Made by a program: the position numbers and the translations under genes
Notes under the pieces: generated by a model
Told to the model about the DNA's origin: nothing
The model's input: the letters and a program-made list of their open reading frames with translations, nothing else
Databases searched by the model: none
From: a bacterium
GTDB taxonomy: Bacteria > Hydrothermota > 32-111
Length of the DNA: 19,834 bases
Assembly (NCBI GenBank): GCA_050239825.1
Contig: JBFXGO010000005.1
Span: 50,220-70,053 of the forward strand
Reading direction: 5' to 3'
Shown here: positions 17,754-19,834 of the stretch, piece by piece
Numbering within the stretch: the stretch's first letter is position 1
Layout of the letters: each line of letters starts with the position of its first letter

Positions 17754-18449
17754 CTATTTTACATAAAATTGCGTGACGCCTGTTGTCGTCACGATTGACT
17801 GGCTTTCAATAATGTCGATTACTGTGGTAGTTACTGTGAGGGAGTATATTCCAGCCGAAAGGTAAGGGCCGGCTGTGAAAGTGTAAATGGTATCTGTCAA
17901 ATCTTTAACTCCCCATATTGAATCTCCATTCAAATTGGACAGTTTTATTGCGTATTTTGTATTGTTCTCTATTGAGGAATAGACAATGTCAAATGAATCC
18001 GCGTGGATATTTGTATCGGAGATCATCGGCTTGTTTATTATGAGCTTTGGAATAACTATGGTATAATCATCCATCAGGGTATTTTTGTTATTGTTGTTCA
18101 GAAAGAGTTTGTAATAGTAAGTGTTTCCCGACATTATGGAATCGATAAATGCTCCTGTCTGCACAACAGGAACTGAATCTATAGGTTCGTATCCGAGTGA
18201 GTCCGATACGGACTTTTCAACAATAATTCTGTCGCCAACGATTGCGTTCAGTGTCTGCCAGTTGAGAGTTATCATTCCGGCAGTCACAGTTGTGTCTCCT
18301 CCAAGGTGATTTGTTGAATCAGTGAAAAGCTTCTGAGTCATGAAAATTCCGGTGTATGTGTATATACCCTGAATTCTGTCATCCGTCGGAAGAAGAGAAC
18401 ATCCGAAGATTAAAACCAAAAAGACCGCCAATATAAGAATTTTTTTCAT
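17754..18449 (-). CDS. Lipoprotein with FN3/Ig-like beta-sandwich domains, function unknown
   Basis: MKK plus hydrophobic stretch and IFGC lipobox; strong RBS AAGGAGG; FN3-like ITLNW and GNTYYYKL, and a second domain ending LSAGIYSLTV. Confidence 0.75.
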   Translation of the reverse strand: MKKILILAVFLVLIFGCSLLPTDDRIQGIYTYTGIFMTQKLFTDSTNHLGGDTTVTAGMITLNWQTLNAIVGDRIIVEKSVSDSLGYEPIDSVPVVQTGAFIDSIMSGNTYYYKLFLNNNNKNTLMDDYTIVIPKLIINKPMISDTNIHADSFDIVYSSIENNTKYAIKLSNLNGDSIWGVKDLTDTIYTFTAGPYLSAGIYSLTVTTTVIDIIESQSIVTTTGVTQFYVK

Positions 18450-18467
18450 TATTCCTCCTTTTTTTTA

Positions 18468-18495
18468 ATTATACTCGCTATTTTTGAATAGTCAA
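18468..18495 (-). promoter_or_regulatory. Promoter TTGACT-N16-TATAAT for the lipoprotein gene
   Basis: Plus-strand AGTCAA at 18490-18495 and ATTATA at 18468-18473. Confidence 0.65.
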
Positions 18496-18513
18496 TAAAA
18501 ATTAAGAGGAGTA

Positions 18514-18541
18514 TTGACTTTATTTTGATAATAAATAGACT
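18514..18541 (+). promoter_or_regulatory. Promoter TTGACT-N16-TAGACT, 7 nt upstream of the radical SAM ATG
   Basis: TTGACT 18514-18519, TAGACT 18536-18541, ATG 18549; no Shine-Dalgarno between them. Confidence 0.55.
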
Positions 18542-18548
18542 TTATCAA

Positions 18549-19834
18549 ATGGGAATTCTACTTAACAATTCACAGGATTCATTCCTTAAAAGTTTCAGGA
18601 AATTCATGTGCGGCAGAGACTCGGATTTTGTTTTCAGGCGGGCTTTTAATCCGCTGAATAACAGCATCGGAGAAACCAGCATATATGTGCACATTCCCTT
18701 CTGCAAATCACTTTGCCCTTATTGCCCCTACAACAGAATTCCGTTTGACGAAGTCAAATTAAAGAATTATATGGATTCTCTCCTTCGAGAGATTGAAAGT
18801 TTTGCAGAGAGGAATCCCAATCTCCACATAACATCTGTTTATTACGGCGGCGGAACCCCCCTTCTTGCAGGAAAAAGAATAGCAGAGGCAAACAGACTCA
18901 TAAGAAGACTCTTTGCAGTATCCAAAGATTTCTCCATTGAAGTTAATCCGAACGACATTGATGAAAATGCGATAAATCTTTTAAAGGAGGCGGAATTCAC
19001 CTCCATAAGTGTTGGAGTGCAGAGTTTCAATGACAAACTTCTTGAAAAAATCGGAAGGAAGTATACTGCTTTAGAAGCGAGGAAGAAACTCGCAATGATT
19101 ATGGGCGCCGGATTTGAATGGGTTAACTTTGATATGCTCTTTGCCCTTCCCAAAGAAACGGATGAGGATTTAAAAACAGATATTCAGGAGGCTCTTAAAT
19201 TCAAGCCCAGCCAGATAACCGCATATCCGCTATTCACATTTCCATATTCGGAAATATCTAATTTCAAAAGAGTGAGAAGGGTGAAATCCCCGTCAATTTT
19301 AAAGAGAAGAAGAATGTACTATTCATTGTATAAAATGATAGAAAACTCCGGATATGAAAGGTGCTCCGTGTGGTCATTCAGGAAGGCCGGCTCCGTCAAC
19401 AGATACTCTTCGGTCACAAGAGAAAGATATGTGGGCTTTGGAGCCAGCGCAGGATCATACTATGAGTCGCACTTTGACCTTAACACATTTAATGTAAACG
19501 AATACATTGATTCTGTAAATAAAAGAGGAAATGCCATTGCTTTGAGAATCCCTTTCACGAAGAGGATGGCGAAGATGTATGATTTTTACTGGAGGATATA
19601 CGACACAAGGTTTATGTCAGAAAGAAATCTTTCAACATTCTCTTATAATATGGAGAAAGATCAAAATATCACATTGTTTCTTAAAATTCTGATTTATCTT
19701 AATTTTGCAGAGAATGGCCAACACCACTTCTCTCTGACAAAACGCGGGTCGATGTGGGTGCATCTCCTGCAGAACCTTCTCTCTCTTCGGGCAATTGACA
19801 GAGTGTGGGGCAGGGCAAAGAAGGATGCCTGGCC
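18549..19834 (+). CDS. HemN/coproporphyrinogen III oxidase-like radical SAM protein; runs off the right edge
   Basis: Not in the ORF track because there is no stop in the window. Translation: MGILLNNSQ...IYVHIPFCKSLCPYCPYN (CxxxCxxC at 18702-18725), YYGGGTP, SIEVNP, ISVGVQSF, NFDMLFALP. Confidence 0.9.
   Translation, partial: MGILLNNSQDSFLKSFRKFMCGRDSDFVFRRAFNPLNNSIGETSIYVHIPFCKSLCPYCPYNRIPFDEVKLKNYMDSLLREIESFAERNPNLHITSVYYGGGTPLLAGKRIAEANRLIRRLFAVSKDFSIEVNPNDIDENAINLLKEAEFTSISVGVQSFNDKLLEKIGRKYTALEARKKLAMIMGAGFEWVNFDMLFALPKETDEDLKTDIQEALKFKPSQITAYPLFTFPYSEISNFKRVRRVKSPSILKRRRMYYSLYKMIENSGYERCSVWSFRKAGSVNRYSSVTRERYVGFGASAGSYYESHFDLNTFNVNEYIDSVNKRGNAIALRIPFTKRMAKMYDFYWRIYDTRFMSERNLSTFSYNMEKDQNITLFLKILIYLNFAENGQHHFSLTKRGSMWVHLLQNLLSLRAIDRVWGRAKKDAW

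Noticed and set aside
11899..18519. The shared 10-11 bp motifs as ends of an invertible or mobile segment
   Set aside because: No recombinase or transposase in the window, and the motifs coincide exactly with -35 boxes, which is the simpler explanation.
919..19153. The many short antisense or alternate-frame ORFs in the track (e.g. 10411-10839, 12488-12922, 18842-19153)
   Set aside because: They lie within well-supported genes and show no recognisable motifs; most likely shadow ORFs.

Overview
Gene-dense, AT-rich bacterial chromosomal window, probably from a diderm anaerobe (lineage cannot be established without a search). Left to right: a truncated asparagine-synthase-like gene (-); a 685-aa secreted protein resembling a TIM-barrel glycoside hydrolase (-); a Wzx/Wzy-type surface polysaccharide operon (wza-like, wzz-like, wzy/waaL-like, wzx; +) that converges on and overlaps a minus-strand operon (aconitase-family large and small subunits, wecB, GT4 glycosyltransferase); an operon of pilB (MshEN c-di-GMP motif), DinG-family helicase, histidine phosphatase and HI0933 flavoprotein (+); an FN3/Ig-like lipoprotein (-); and a truncated HemN-like radical SAM gene (+). 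I saw no RNA genes, CRISPR arrays or mobile elements, and I cannot demonstrate a complete new system. The best leads are: (1) a LeuC/D-like pair with substituted active-site motifs, translationally coupled to wecB and a glycosyltransferase; (2) an (AT)6 tract inside the -35/-10 spacer of the polysaccharide export promoter, a possible phase-variation switch; (3) near-consensus promoters that imply leaderless mRNAs and share TATTGACT boxes; (4) an orphan pilB overlapping a DinG helicase gene.
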